From NCBI GenBank assembly GCA_040954595.2, contig CM082588.2, positions 8,292,844 through 8,356,843 of the forward strand: a stretch of DNA of 64,000 nucleotides. Reading direction: 5' to 3'. Source of the DNA: Balanoglossus misakiensis. Lineage: Eukaryota > Animalia > Hemichordata. The notes beneath the pieces are model-generated. The model saw only the letters and a program-made list of their open reading frames with translations, was not told the DNA's origin and ran no database searches. Every line of letters starts with the position of its first letter. Positions within the stretch are counted from its first letter, which is position 1. Shown here piece by piece: positions 12,127-23,400 of the stretch. The position numbers and the translations under genes were made by a program.

Positions 12127-13293
12127 GAAGCTTGTGGTTCGATTACATGCTTGAGGCTCCCAAGAAATCGTGTTTTTGGTGTGTGGTACCCCTGGATTGG
12201 TGTCTTACTGTTGGCTTCTTCAGCCCTAGTTTTCGGGTCCGATCAGCGAAGCGACGGGGACGTCAAAATCCCCACCATGAAAGTACAAGAAGTCGTGGAG
12301 AACGGGGTTGCTGACTTTTCTGGAGTGGTGCCGAAACTTTTGAAGTCTTCTTGTGATTTGGCGTGCATGGAGGAGGAGATGAGACAGCTGGAGCGGAGTG
12401 GTTTGGTTGATGAGATGTATTCCTTTGAAACCCTGCACGAAAATGGCAGCGTTGTTCTGACCAAGGTCAGTGTTGACATCTCAACCATTTCTACGGCGCA
12501 GCAGAGAAAATATCCCGAGGAAAAATCACGGCAGAAGCGAGAGGTTTACGGCTATGATACGCGTTTCCTACTGAGCAGTGAAGAGTACCTGTCGCAGTCT
12601 CCCTTCAACACGGTCGTGAAACTCTCCACCGGGTGTACTGGGACTTTAATCGGGCAGAAGTACGTCCTGACCGCGGCCCAGTGCGTGCATGATGGAGTTA
12701 CTTACGTGAAAGGCGCAAAAGATCTGCGGGTCGGTTTTCGTCGCGAACGTGCAGAGGGTGGAGGTCCCCTGAATGATAATCTTGAAGAGAATTTTTACTG
12801 GATCCGGGCGATGGAAGTCAATGTACCGCAGGGTTGGAAGAAACGACAGGGACTGAACGTAGAAGCTGGTTACGATTATGCAGTTATCCGCCTAAAGCGA
12901 TCCCATGACCGAGAATTCATGAACATCGGCGTAAGCAAGCCCGACCTCATCTACCCCGGTCAACGACTTCACTTCTCGGCCTACGATGACGACAACTCGA
13001 CCGAGCTGCTCTACCGTTTCTGTCCAGTGAGCAAGGACAACAAGGACCTGGTCTACCATTTCTGTGATTCCAAGCCCAGTGGCATCGGGGCTGGGGTTTA
13101 CGTCAGATCATGGGACATGGCGGCCGGCGACTTTGAGCGGGAAATAATTGGGGTCTTCAACGGCCACATGTGGTTGGACGACCCCGAAGACATGGGTGAA
13201 TACAACGTGGCCGTCATGATAACACCGCTGAAGTACGCCCAGATTTGCTTCTGGTTGGAAGGCGATTTTAGCAGCTGCAGTGGTCATATCTAA
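12127..13293 (+). CDS. Serine protease 23/35-like secreted protein, probably catalytically inactive (main coding exon)
   Basis: Hydrophobic signal segment, furin site RQKR followed by EVYGYDTRF, then PFNTVVKLSTGCTGTLI, DYAVI and NVAVMITPLKYAQICFW, all PRSS23/PRSS35 hallmarks. LTAAQC replaces LTAAHC. Acceptor ttttgcag ends at 12126; no in-frame ATG precedes the signal peptide. Confidence 0.88.
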   Translation, partial: EACGSITCLRLPRNRVFGVWYPWIGVLLLASSALVFGSDQRSDGDVKIPTMKVQEVVENGVADFSGVVPKLLKSSCDLACMEEEMRQLERSGLVDEMYSFETLHENGSVVLTKVSVDISTISTAQQRKYPEEKSRQKREVYGYDTRFLLSSEEYLSQSPFNTVVKLSTGCTGTLIGQKYVLTAAQCVHDGVTYVKGAKDLRVGFRRERAEGGGPLNDNLEENFYWIRAMEVNVPQGWKKRQGLNVEAGYDYAVIRLKRSHDREFMNIGVSKPDLIYPGQRLHFSAYDDDNSTELLYRFCPVSKDNKDLVYHFCDSKPSGIGAGVYVRSWDMAAGDFEREIIGVFNGHMWLDDPEDMGEYNVAVMITPLKYAQICFWLEGDFSSCSGHI

Positions 13294-13789
13294 CCGTGAC
13301 CTCTGCTGTTGTTCTAATCTACTAGCCGGAACAGAAAAGATGCCGTCGTGGAAAATTCCCCCACAGAGAGTGAGACTTTGACATTCCTGTCAAATGTTTC
13401 GTTTTAATATAGTTTATGGAAGTTAGCATCCTCTTTATAAATTTGTCGTAGATTGTTTACTATTATCTCACGTTCCTTGTTCCGATCCAATAGCATTTGA
13501 TAGTGTTTTACTAACTTTTCACATCTCCCTGCATCGTTATTTGCTGGGAAAGTTTTTAAATTAAGTGTACCTAGGTAATACATGTACTTATTTTGTTACT
13601 GGTATTTAAATTTAACGCGCATAAACGTACGTAACAACAAAACAACATTGTCGAAATGTAGGAATGGGTTTTCTTTAACGTGCAGAGATGAGGAACGTGC
13701 ATGGGTCAACACATGCAGACGACGATTTGTGTCCACTTACGTCGAATTGGATCCATCAGAAAATATAGTAAGAAAACATGTCAGACAAT

Positions 13790-14180
13790 AATGTATGCCG
13801 TATTTTCTTCCAAACTGCAATGTTTTACTGTATGGACTTCTTGAATTCTGTATCAATCTACTTTTAAAAATTTCAAATACTGCAGCCAGAATTACTGCCC
13901 GTTGGAGCAAATCAAACCACGACATAACCAGTTCATATATTCTCCATTGGTTACAGTCTGGTCCCTGTATACATTAAGGATCTGATCAAGCGCTATGATA
14001 TAAGCCCAGTCGTTCACAGTGTTGTTTTACTACCCAATAACACACTCAACAAAATATGTGATGGACGTTCCTTATTCCGTTGTTGTGCCACAGCCTTGGA
14101 ATTCTCTGCCATCTGACATTAAACAGGCTTCTTGTCTAAAAATCTTTTAACAAAAAAAATGAAGACATTCTTATTCGTCA
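13790..14180 (+). mobile_element. Decayed L2/CR1-type LINE ORF2 C-terminal fragment
   Basis: Translations CNVLLYGL..NTAARIT....HDIT..ILHWL and (frameshifted) WNSLPSDIKQASCL...KTFLF match the typical L2-clade ORF2 tail. Confidence 0.75.
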
Positions 14181-14259
14181 AAACATGTGAACACTGACGT
14201 TAATTAACTTTCAACGCCCCTGACAATAACATTGTTATTGATTCTGACGCTTTTAACTG

Positions 14260-14346
14260 TATTGATTGATTGATTGGTTGGTTGGTTGGTTGATTGATTG
14301 ATCGATCGATCGATCGGTCGGTCGGTCGTTCTGTCGGTCGGTTGAC
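14260..14346. repeat. Compound tetranucleotide microsatellite (ATTG/GTTG/GATC/GGTC)
   Basis: Directly visible. Confidence 0.9.
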
Positions 14347-15023
14347 CGATGTTTGCGCATTTATGAGAACTTTTGACTTGACATTGGAATGGGACTTGAG
14401 ACATCGGGTTAATGACTTAATACCAATTAAATCGGACACAAGGCCAAATTTGTGTTTACTGGCAGAACATACCTTTGTGTCTTCATATGCAATTCTAACG
14501 TTCTATGCAAATCATTGCATTCAACACCTCTCATTAGAAAGGGCAGTCTTTTGTATCGAAGCAGTTAAAAAGCTTCGAACTCACCAGGAATGAAATAACA
14601 GAGACGTGCAGCATTTAGGTTCAATCATTTGTCACGTTGCGTGTCGTTTTATTTTGTACCGCAGCAACAATACGAGCCTCCAAGAATATTTGTCAAGTCT
14701 GGCAATACGATTCTGAATCTGAAATAATCAGGTATTCTATTGACTGAGAATGATAGAAAATAGAGTTCCACCCCACCCACCCCCATTCATTCATACGTCA
14801 CTGGTTTGGGACACAGGCAGCAGAAGAGACCGTGTTTCTGCGAGAGATGTTGGACAGCATGTCAAAAGAAGAAGTTACCCAGTGAAGAACCCAAACATAG
14901 ACCGAGGAATAAGGTCAAAGTTCGTGAACCTTGACCTCATACATCAGTCTATAAATACGGGGGAATGTGCGATGCCCTTTGGGGTATTGCCAAATGGAAA
15001 ACACGTGCAATTTTGTGCATTGG

Positions 15024-15133
15024 CAATCTGATTAAAATCAGATGTAGGGAACGGCGACGTATTTTTTTATGCTGTCTCCTACACTACATAAAAAACATGT
15101 CGCCGTTCCCTACATCTGATTTTAATCAGATTG
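15024..15133. mobile_element. 110-bp MITE with 9-bp TSD
   Basis: 35-bp perfect TIR CAATCTGATTAAAATCAGATGTAGGGAACGGCGAC, flanked on both sides by GTGCATTGG. Confidence 0.85.
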
Positions 15134-15858
15134 GTGCATTGGGTGATTCGTGGCATAGAAACCCGCTGGTGGTATTGACACCTATGTTTGGTCCTGAAGA
15201 ATATAGAGACCTCTCTTTTCCAGGACTTTTCAACAAAAATAGTCCCTTACTTTGAGAAATTTAGGAGAAAATTAGACCAAAAATGCAACCCCCAATTTAC
15301 AAAATATGAGACAATATCACAACAAAGCTAAAGCTAAATCAATGCTTAAAAATGAGACCTCATTTCAAATCCCCCGTTTAAAACAGTTTCTGAATAAAAG
15401 GGCGAATCAAGCTTTACATTTTGAGTTTAGAATAACTGATAGATATTCTGACGCATCTTTCACCCTCCCAGTTTTGTTTTGTTTTGTAAAAATACCCCTT
15501 TTCTCGGACATTCTTCGCGATTTTGGTAACACGCATGCGTACCCAGTTTTCCACTTATACGCATGCGTACCTACTTTTCCACTTTTAGAAAACGTTCTCA
15601 AAACATCCACTCCTCGCTATCATTTCATTCTTGGAGAGAATACTAAAGGACAGATTGGGGGGGGGGGGGGGCTTGTCCATAGACAGATCAAGAACGGTCA
15701 AAATGAGGATGAACGATTTTAGCTGACATGTTTTTACCATGCACAAGAAATGCACCAAGAAACCAAGAACGACATTTGTGTGTTTCATTTTGATATCACG
15801 TGACAAACGCCGTAAATCAAATCCTCAGTCCCTTTTTCATTAAATTTCTGTTCAGGCC

Positions 15859-15950
15859 TAGTCTGGTTCCCTGCCCCAATCCCACCGCTGGCTGCCCCCA
15901 ATCCCACCGCTGCGCAGCCAGCGGTGGGATTGGGGCAGGGGACCAGACTA
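15859..15950. mobile_element. 92-bp MITE with TAG..CTA termini and 9-bp TSD (Academ-like)
   Basis: TIR TAGTCTGGT(T/C)CCCTGCCCCAATCCCACCGCT; flanks GTTCAGGCC/GTTGAGGCC; a relative lies at 45938-45977. Confidence 0.8.
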
Positions 15951-17271
15951 GTTGAGGCCTACCCGGGCCGACTGAGAGGGCGTGCTTTTGTAGTTGTTTT
16001 GTTGTGTTGTTTATTTTTGGTTGGGATGTTTTCATGATGTGACACAGAGCAAGTCTTGTACTTGTCCTTTTTTGACACTTGCCATACAAGAAGCTACCAA
16101 GCGCTGTTAAAACTGCCCGCACACGACAGACAATAGCTGGGCAAAAAATCAATCGAGGAATTTTGCTCATCAAGTTTTGTCTCGTGTGCGCGCGAATTTT
16201 GGCGAGTTTTTGTTCTACTTTTGTATCGTCAAGGTGACCACTATCACCAGCTCTGTTCATATTGGGGTTGGAAGCACTTTTACTTGCAATTCATCAAGAA
16301 AAGTTCATACATGGTACATGTATAAAGATTGCTTCTTATTCTCCAAGTTTATAACTTTCCCCCTTGACGACAGGTTTATAACTTTCAGTTTGTCAGTTAG
16401 AGAAGTCAACATTCATAGATACGCCAGGTACCATTAGGCCCAAGATAATTGAGAAAAACAACACTAATCATTGTGAAGTCGTATACTTGGGGTGTTTGCT
16501 GTATGTTGCGCTGACATTCTTGCAAGACGAAAGAAGTCTCCACAAACCACTATGTCTTCCAAGTTCTTCTTGTCTTCTCTCCTTTCCCCTTTCCCTTTTC
16601 CCGTTTCTGTCGTCGATTGTCCTATTCGTCCGAACACGCAACATAGTTCTTACTCCTCTCCGTAAAAACACACACCGGAATCACGATTTTCAGAACCGTC
16701 TGAGTCGCTTTCGGACTCACAATCCTACTTCCAAAACGGAGGAAGAGCATGGTCGTTCGGAAAGGCGAAGTATCCGCCAGCACCTGTGCTGGGGGGTTGG
16801 CTGTCCGGCCACTTGTATAGTAGTCGATATTGGTTGAAATGCCAGACACCATCAGGGCCAAAACGATTTTGAAAAAAAAATACACAAATCATGTTGCAGT
16901 CTTATGTTTAGAAACAGGTATGTAAGGTTTGCGAACGTTTGATAATTGAGAAGGGTATTGAGAAGAAATCTGACTGAGTACAAAAACTATAAGGACTGGT
17001 ATTCTCTATGTAATTTTGCGGACATGCGTGTTATCCACGTTCACGGAGAATAGGACAGGGTCGTGATGAGAGGGGACTGCAGTTTGAGGGATTGTCATAA
17101 TTCAGTGCCAACCATTTGCATAAAGTTTACCTCAATAAAACACATTCCAATAAACATTGCACAACAACAAGGCTATGTACTTTTTGAATATTTTTTTTAT
17201 TAAAGAGAGAAATGGGTATATATAAGTATGTACAAAGGCAGCGGTCTGGTCAAGTGAACTCTTCCAGAGAC

Positions 17272-17766
17272 TTAATTCGGAGACACACGAATGCTCCTCC
17301 TTCCAATCTTCTTCCAAAACCACCGGACAAGACGTTGTCTGAAACAAGGTAGACATCCGGTTGGTTTCTCTTCATCATCTTGAACGGGAACGGAGTTAGG
17401 GGACTCTTCAGTCTTCTTCACCTGGACGACGTCCACCGACTTCTTCCCCTTTCCTTTTCCTTTGCCCTTCTTTCCCTTTCCTTTGCCAGTGTCTTCGCTG
17501 TCCTCCTCGTCGGAAAAGACAAGGTAAAACGGTTCATCATTCACTTCCGTGAAAAAACCGGAATCCTGGTTTCCCGCGTCCTCGTCATCGCTTGACTCGG
17601 AATCATATCCGCGAATGGGCGGCAGGATTGGAAAGTTTGGGGATCTATAAATACCGGTACTGGTACTTGGCTGGCTGTCCAACCACTCGTAGAAGTCAGC
17701 ATGGTCCGTACCCATGGGAACGCCAGGTACTACTAGGCAGAGGATGATAGTTAATACACAAATCAT
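17272..17766 (-). CDS. Orphan protein A (164 aa from signal-peptide Met; ORF extends to 17883): signal/anchor, acidic region, GK repeat, cationic Trp-containing C-terminus
   Basis: MICVLTIILCLVVPGVP hydrophobic start; near-identical paralog at 44643-45137; I counted 4 synonymous and 1 non-synonymous difference downstream of EWLDSQ. Confidence 0.6.
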   Translation of the reverse strand: MICVLTIILCLVVPGVPMGTDHADFYEWLDSQPSTSTGIYRSPNFPILPPIRGYDSESSDDEDAGNQDSGFFTEVNDEPFYLVFSDEEDSEDTGKGKGKKGKGKGKGKKSVDVVQVKKTEESPNSVPVQDDEEKPTGCLPCFRQRLVRWFWKKIGRRSIRVSPN

Positions 17767-18446
17767 TGTGGAGTCGTAGACAAGTGTTGTTGAGTATGCT
17801 ACTCTGAAACTCTTGGCAAACATTCTAATTCTTCTTCGTTCTAAGAACGCGACTGTGACGTCGCCAAATAATGATCTTTCCATGCTACACAGAGCGCGCT
17901 CAAATTGGCCGAGTGTTTCGCGTGTGCGTTCCGCCGTTCGTAGGCAGGCAGTGTATTTTCGCCTTTCAAAAGCAAAGGCGTTGCAATGAAAAAAATATTC
18001 ATTCCGACCAAAATGATGCCTGCAAAATTATGTGGAGAATAATTATAATTTTGTGGTTTAATGATGGGGTTTAGTTTAATGCGAAACAAAATAATCACTG
18101 CCAGATATGAAAGGGTAATTTCATCTTTTATTCGCTTTGTATCCTGTCTTTATTTATACTTATACTGTACGACCGGGTTACTCAATGAGTATTTTGTAAC
18201 GGGACTCAAAATATACAGCATAAAAGAATCGCAATATAAAGATAGCATTTATATTACAAAGGGACATTTTCTTTTATTAATTGTTCAATTTCATCTCAAA
18301 GGTTGTTATATTTGCAACATGTCTTAATTAACCGGGTAAAGAATTCCACATGTGTGACGAGTGATGTTTATGTAAAACGTTGTACATGTATTTACAATTG
18401 GATGAAAGTTGCATGAGACACTGCAGAATCTCTCACCAAGCTTTAA

Positions 18447-18764
18447 AAAGACAAACTCTCTCTCTCGCTGCCCTTTTTTCATTAATTATGTTTGATAAAA
18501 AAACACCGTTTATGTTATTCTACATGTGGATATATAGTGAATCAACGTTCAACCACACACAATTTCCATCCCACTTGCAGGCACGAGAGTGAACCATTTA
18601 TTCATTTTGGTGAGATTTTTACTCTCATATCCTACAAACAGGATGGAAGTTGTGAGTGGTTCAACGTTGATTCACTATATGTCCACATTTAGATTAACAT
18701 AAACGGTGTTTTGTATCAAACATAATTAATGAAAAAAGGGCAGCGAGAGAGAGAGTTTGTCCCT
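18447..18764. mobile_element. 318-bp foldback MITE with TTAA TSD (Kolobok-like)
   Basis: Almost fully palindromic and flanked by TTAA; the paralogous empty site CAAGCTTTAATTATG is at ~57777-57791. Confidence 0.85.
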
Positions 18765-19896
18765 TTAATTATGTCATTTAATTTACATAAACAAATTAAG
18801 CAGAAACACTTAGGCTGCATCAATTTTAATAATCATTCGCGTTTATACGCGCTGCCACAAGATGTTGGAAATGAAAATAGATGTTTAAATTTACTGTATT
18901 GTCGAGTCTCAAATACCTACATATACCAACCCCTGGTCAGCTTAACTTGGTGAAATACCAAAAATGCATTTATACAGATGCTACATTAGGAAAAGTACAT
19001 AACAAAAGATATAGAGAATTAATTATTTGTTTTAAAATTACATGGCTATATGAAGAGAAAAGTCATTGATTTCGCCATACATCACACTGAATGTTTTATC
19101 ACTATATAGAAGAAGTTCACATCCTTGTTTGTTGTCCTAACTGGATATCTTGAATAACGTGAAAGTTTCTATGCAAATAATTGCAATACAATAAACGTGA
19201 CAAAAGAAATAAGACAACACACACTGCACCAAACCTCAAAATGAACCAATGACAATCGAGATATTTACTCTGAAAACCAATCACATCAAACTGTCGTCAA
19301 AACAGCCAATCAACAAATTGGTACTGCGACACTACAGTTTACACCACAAGAAAACTGCTGATGGTAGCTATGATGTGTCACACGGAAAACTCAATATGTC
19401 ACACATCACATTCTTTAGTTATCTGAAATGTTCAAATACTAGTAGTATGGTACAATGGGTATGACTGATCAAATACTTTACACTTGCGTGTCATTATCTT
19501 TTCAAACTTGAAAATCCCAATTTACCGCCAGCCATCGAAATACACTCACTGAATTGTAAACCACCGATCGTTCGTTGGTCTACAGTATGTGGATAGAAAA
19601 ATGTACAACATGGCAATGCACAGTAAGGGCTTACAAGAAGAGTTTGTGAAGCCACACATAAACGTGTACATTATTGTGAACTTTCAACTTTTGAAGGGTG
19701 GGTTTCGGTTGATTGGAACGTACAAAATTCATGATAAACATATTATTACTGTGGACAAACAATATTAAGCAAACTTCCTGGAGGTCTGTAGTTGTTTACA
19801 TATTTGAGACTCTCAGGAAATCGTTCTTTTTTGGTATCCCTAAAAAATTATTTCGTCACTTTCTAATTAGTAATTTTCTTTACTGCTGATTACAAG

Positions 19897-20443
19897 TTAA
19901 ATTGGTTTATTCTGTTCAGATAACCTTGCTTTGTCCTCCTTTGCATACTTGCCCCATTCATACTCCAGACCACAGGCTTCTGTTATGTTTAGGTATTTCA
20001 GTGCATTGGCAGAGTCATCTTGTGCTTGGTAAGCGTTTGCAAGATTATAACATGCATTTAGTATGTGATATGGGTCACGGAGGGTGCTGATCAGATGGGA
20101 ATATATTTCACATGCATCACTGTACTGCTTCAAGTACATGAGGGCAACGGCCTTCTGGAGAGAAGCAGCGGGATACAAACCACCTGCATATGCAACTTCT
20201 TTGTCGGAACACTCTATGGCTTTTAGCAGGCACAAGTTAAATCATTTTTTTTTTCTGTTCAGATAACCTTGATTTACTCTCCTGTCCATACTTGCCCCGT
20301 CGGCAAGATAATAACATGCATTTAGTATGTGATATGGGTCAGAGAGGGTGCTGATCAGTTGGTTATATATTTCACATGCATCGCTGTAGTTATTCAATAA
20401 TGCGAGGACATGAACCATGAAAAGAGACGCGATGGGATACAAT
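19897..20443 (-). pseudogene. Two tandem duplicated 3' fragments of the IFIT-like TPR exon
   Basis: 19897-20234 (CLLKAIECSDK...EQNKPI*) and 20242-20443 (YPIASLF...ACYYLA, internally deleted) lie after the copy 2 stop, with no start codon or clear acceptor. Confidence 0.8.
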
Positions 20444-20455
20444 TGGTAATTTTCT

Positions 20456-23400
20456 TTATTGCTGATTGCAAAATTGGACCCGTTTCTTTTGTTGAGGGGG
20501 CTTTGGTTTCGCTTCCTGTGCCATTTTAGCCCAGAAATACTCCAGCCCACACTCTTCTGCTTTGTTCATGTATTTCAGTTTATTGGCAGAGTCGCCTTTT
20601 GCTTGGTAAACGTTGGCAAGATTATAACATGCCCCTGATATGTAGTATGGGTCACGGAGGGTGCTGATCAGATGGGTATATATTTCACATGCATCACTGT
20701 ACTGTACCAAGAGTGTGAGGACATTGGCCTTTAAGAGAGAAGCAATGGGATACAAACCACCTGCATATGCAACTGCTTTGTCGAAACACTCTATGGCTTT
20801 TAAGATGCCCTGACGATTGCTTTCTATCGGATTGTGTCGGTATTTGGTCACGTATGTGACTCCTAGTTCACACGCGAATAATGGATTGTCTGGATCTTGT
20901 GCTGCAGCATTGTGAATAACTCGCAGTGCTTTTTCGAAGTCTCCAACATTGCTGTGGCAGTAATAATGACGTGCAGAATTCACCACGAAATTGGATAAAG
21001 GGGTTAATTCGAGTGCTTTCTGGATGAATTGACCTGCTTCTTCATAGCGACCTTCATTGAGTGACAGGTCACTTAAAAGTGCCAAAGCATAGCTGTGATG
21101 GGCATTTTTCTTAAGAACTCTCTCAAGCAAATTTCTTTCTTGGATTTGTAAAGCTTCCTGACATTTTGAAATTCCATAGACACGAGAACGCTTTTGTGAA
21201 AGAGAGGATGCTTGCCAAAACAGCCAATCTGTTTGTTCTGGAAGTTCTACTAAAGCACGATCAAAGCTATCAATTGCCTCACGACACGTTTTTTTGTCAA
21301 AATAAACAAGAGAGATACCCTTGTGAGCATATACATACGCTTTCAGTTTCCCTGACAATTTATCAAGTGACAAAGTTGATATCAACTTTAGTGTTTCATC
21401 AACTCTGTCCATATCACCCGACATGAAATGAACCCATGCTTTATCTGCAAGAAGAACCAACTTATCACCAAGTGGACCAACGTCGTCACCGTCACAGCTG
21501 TCAAGTTCTTTCTGGTTGTCGGTGAGGGCGTCATCAAACCACTTCAAAGCGGCGAGTGGATCTCTCTTGTCTTCTGATCTCAGTTTGGACATGTACAGGT
21601 AACCTTTCATGGCTTTATGGGGAACTGGAGAGAACTCCTGGTTGTGATATTTAAGTCTGTCGTCCAATCTGCACTGTAAGACCTACAGTACATGGAAAGG
21701 CATGTTACAGTGTCATGTGAAAACACAGGTGCTTGTACAGATGCTATGTTGATATTTTATTGATTGTAATTAAGGTAGCTAAAAACGATAAGATCTCCCG
21801 ATTTCATGTCATACGAACGCTCACGCTATGTTCGGGCCTATACCCCACTGACACATAAACAGATAAAGAAATCTCTTTATGTGTCAGTGGGGTATACGCC
21901 CGAACATAGCGAAGAGCTCGTATGACGCGAAATCGGGAGATCGTCTAAGCCACTGATTTATCGTTTATAGCCACCTTCCAATTAATAAAATACCTGTCTG
22001 AGAAAACATCAGACGCATGATTGAAATGAAATAAGAAGATGTGATTAATGAAGAAGAGTCTACGGTGGTCTCACTTGACAACAAATGATTGACATTTTTT
22101 TAAATATTACATTTTAAATGATGCAAAAACTGGATATTCAGCATGTTGCTTTTATGTTACAGTTTCTGTCATTATTAAAATCTGAGTGGAATAGGACTTC
22201 TACAACATTTCCTTGGTTTTCGTGAAATTCCAACAAGTCAGATACAGCTGTAATAAAACGCCTTAAAATTTCATTAACCTGTACTTCAAAAACGCAAATA
22301 AATGTCCTCACCTCATAACTTTTGTCACTAAATTCTTCGAGTTTCCAGGTAAAGTGGCAGGGAAACCTCTGCAGTATTTCTTCATATGACTTTGCTGTAT
22401 GCTTCAATCCCGTTATGTGTGTAACTGAAAATTCTAATGAATAGTAAAAACAAAGTTTCGGTGAAAAACTGATTTCATTATTTTAATTTGAGATTGGTCT
22501 ATTGAAAAATAGGCTTTTTTTATTAGGGAATTCCAACATTATGGGAGAGAGTTGAGTTGTATCAACCAGTGAATGCAATATATTAGTCAGCGCAACCATG
22601 TAAGTTGTCCACCAAAAGAAACTAAAACAACCGAAATATCCGGCGTATTGAGCGATTTCGTTCCTTCTGCTTTTTGAAGCGACATTCCCTTCGGAAAATC
22701 AGTTGAAAGTGACGCAAACTAACAATTTAGTTTTATAATAAATATGCCGGACCATGTTAAGTATAAGCACTTTGCATGGAAGGTCAATTACAGGAAAGGG
22801 GAAAAATAAAGTGAAAAAGGAGGGTATTTAGACCGAACTCTGAATTTCGCTTTGTTCCTGGACACATGACTGTAATTGAAAATAAATACGACCTATAATC
22901 GAATTTGTTGGGAGCACATTTTGTTTATTTGGAGCAGATGTTATAACGGATGCATGGATATGTTGCAGATAACTGCATTACCTTCGATGTTTTTGTCTAC
23001 AGGTGGCGCAGTTTTCGTTTCCTGAAGTTCATCGATAGTCTGACGTAACTGTCGGACGTTGTCTTTCAGCTTGGTAATTGACGTGGTTATTTTGGAAATT
23101 TCAGTTTCATTGCTTTCCAGCATTTCCTTCAGAAGCTCACTTGACTGCTCACTTCCTTCACTTTTCCCCTTAAGGATCGTATATTCCATCTTCTTAGCTT
23201 GTAGTAGTTCTCTAATCTCCTTGTTTTCGTTAAAGAGCGAAGTGATGACAGAGAGATAGTTGTCTGTCGAGATTGGTTCCAAAACACGAGCAGCTCCTTC
23301 TTTTGATAAAGATTCCGCCAGAATCTTGTCCGACCCTTTGGTGCCAGTTTTCAAGATGTTGACGCCATTTTGATTGACCAATCTCTTCATTTCTGATGTA

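Noticed and set aside
20456-22424. Assigning a specific symbol such as IFIT1 or IFIT5
   Set aside because: Only family-level motif similarity; orthology cannot be established from the sequence alone.
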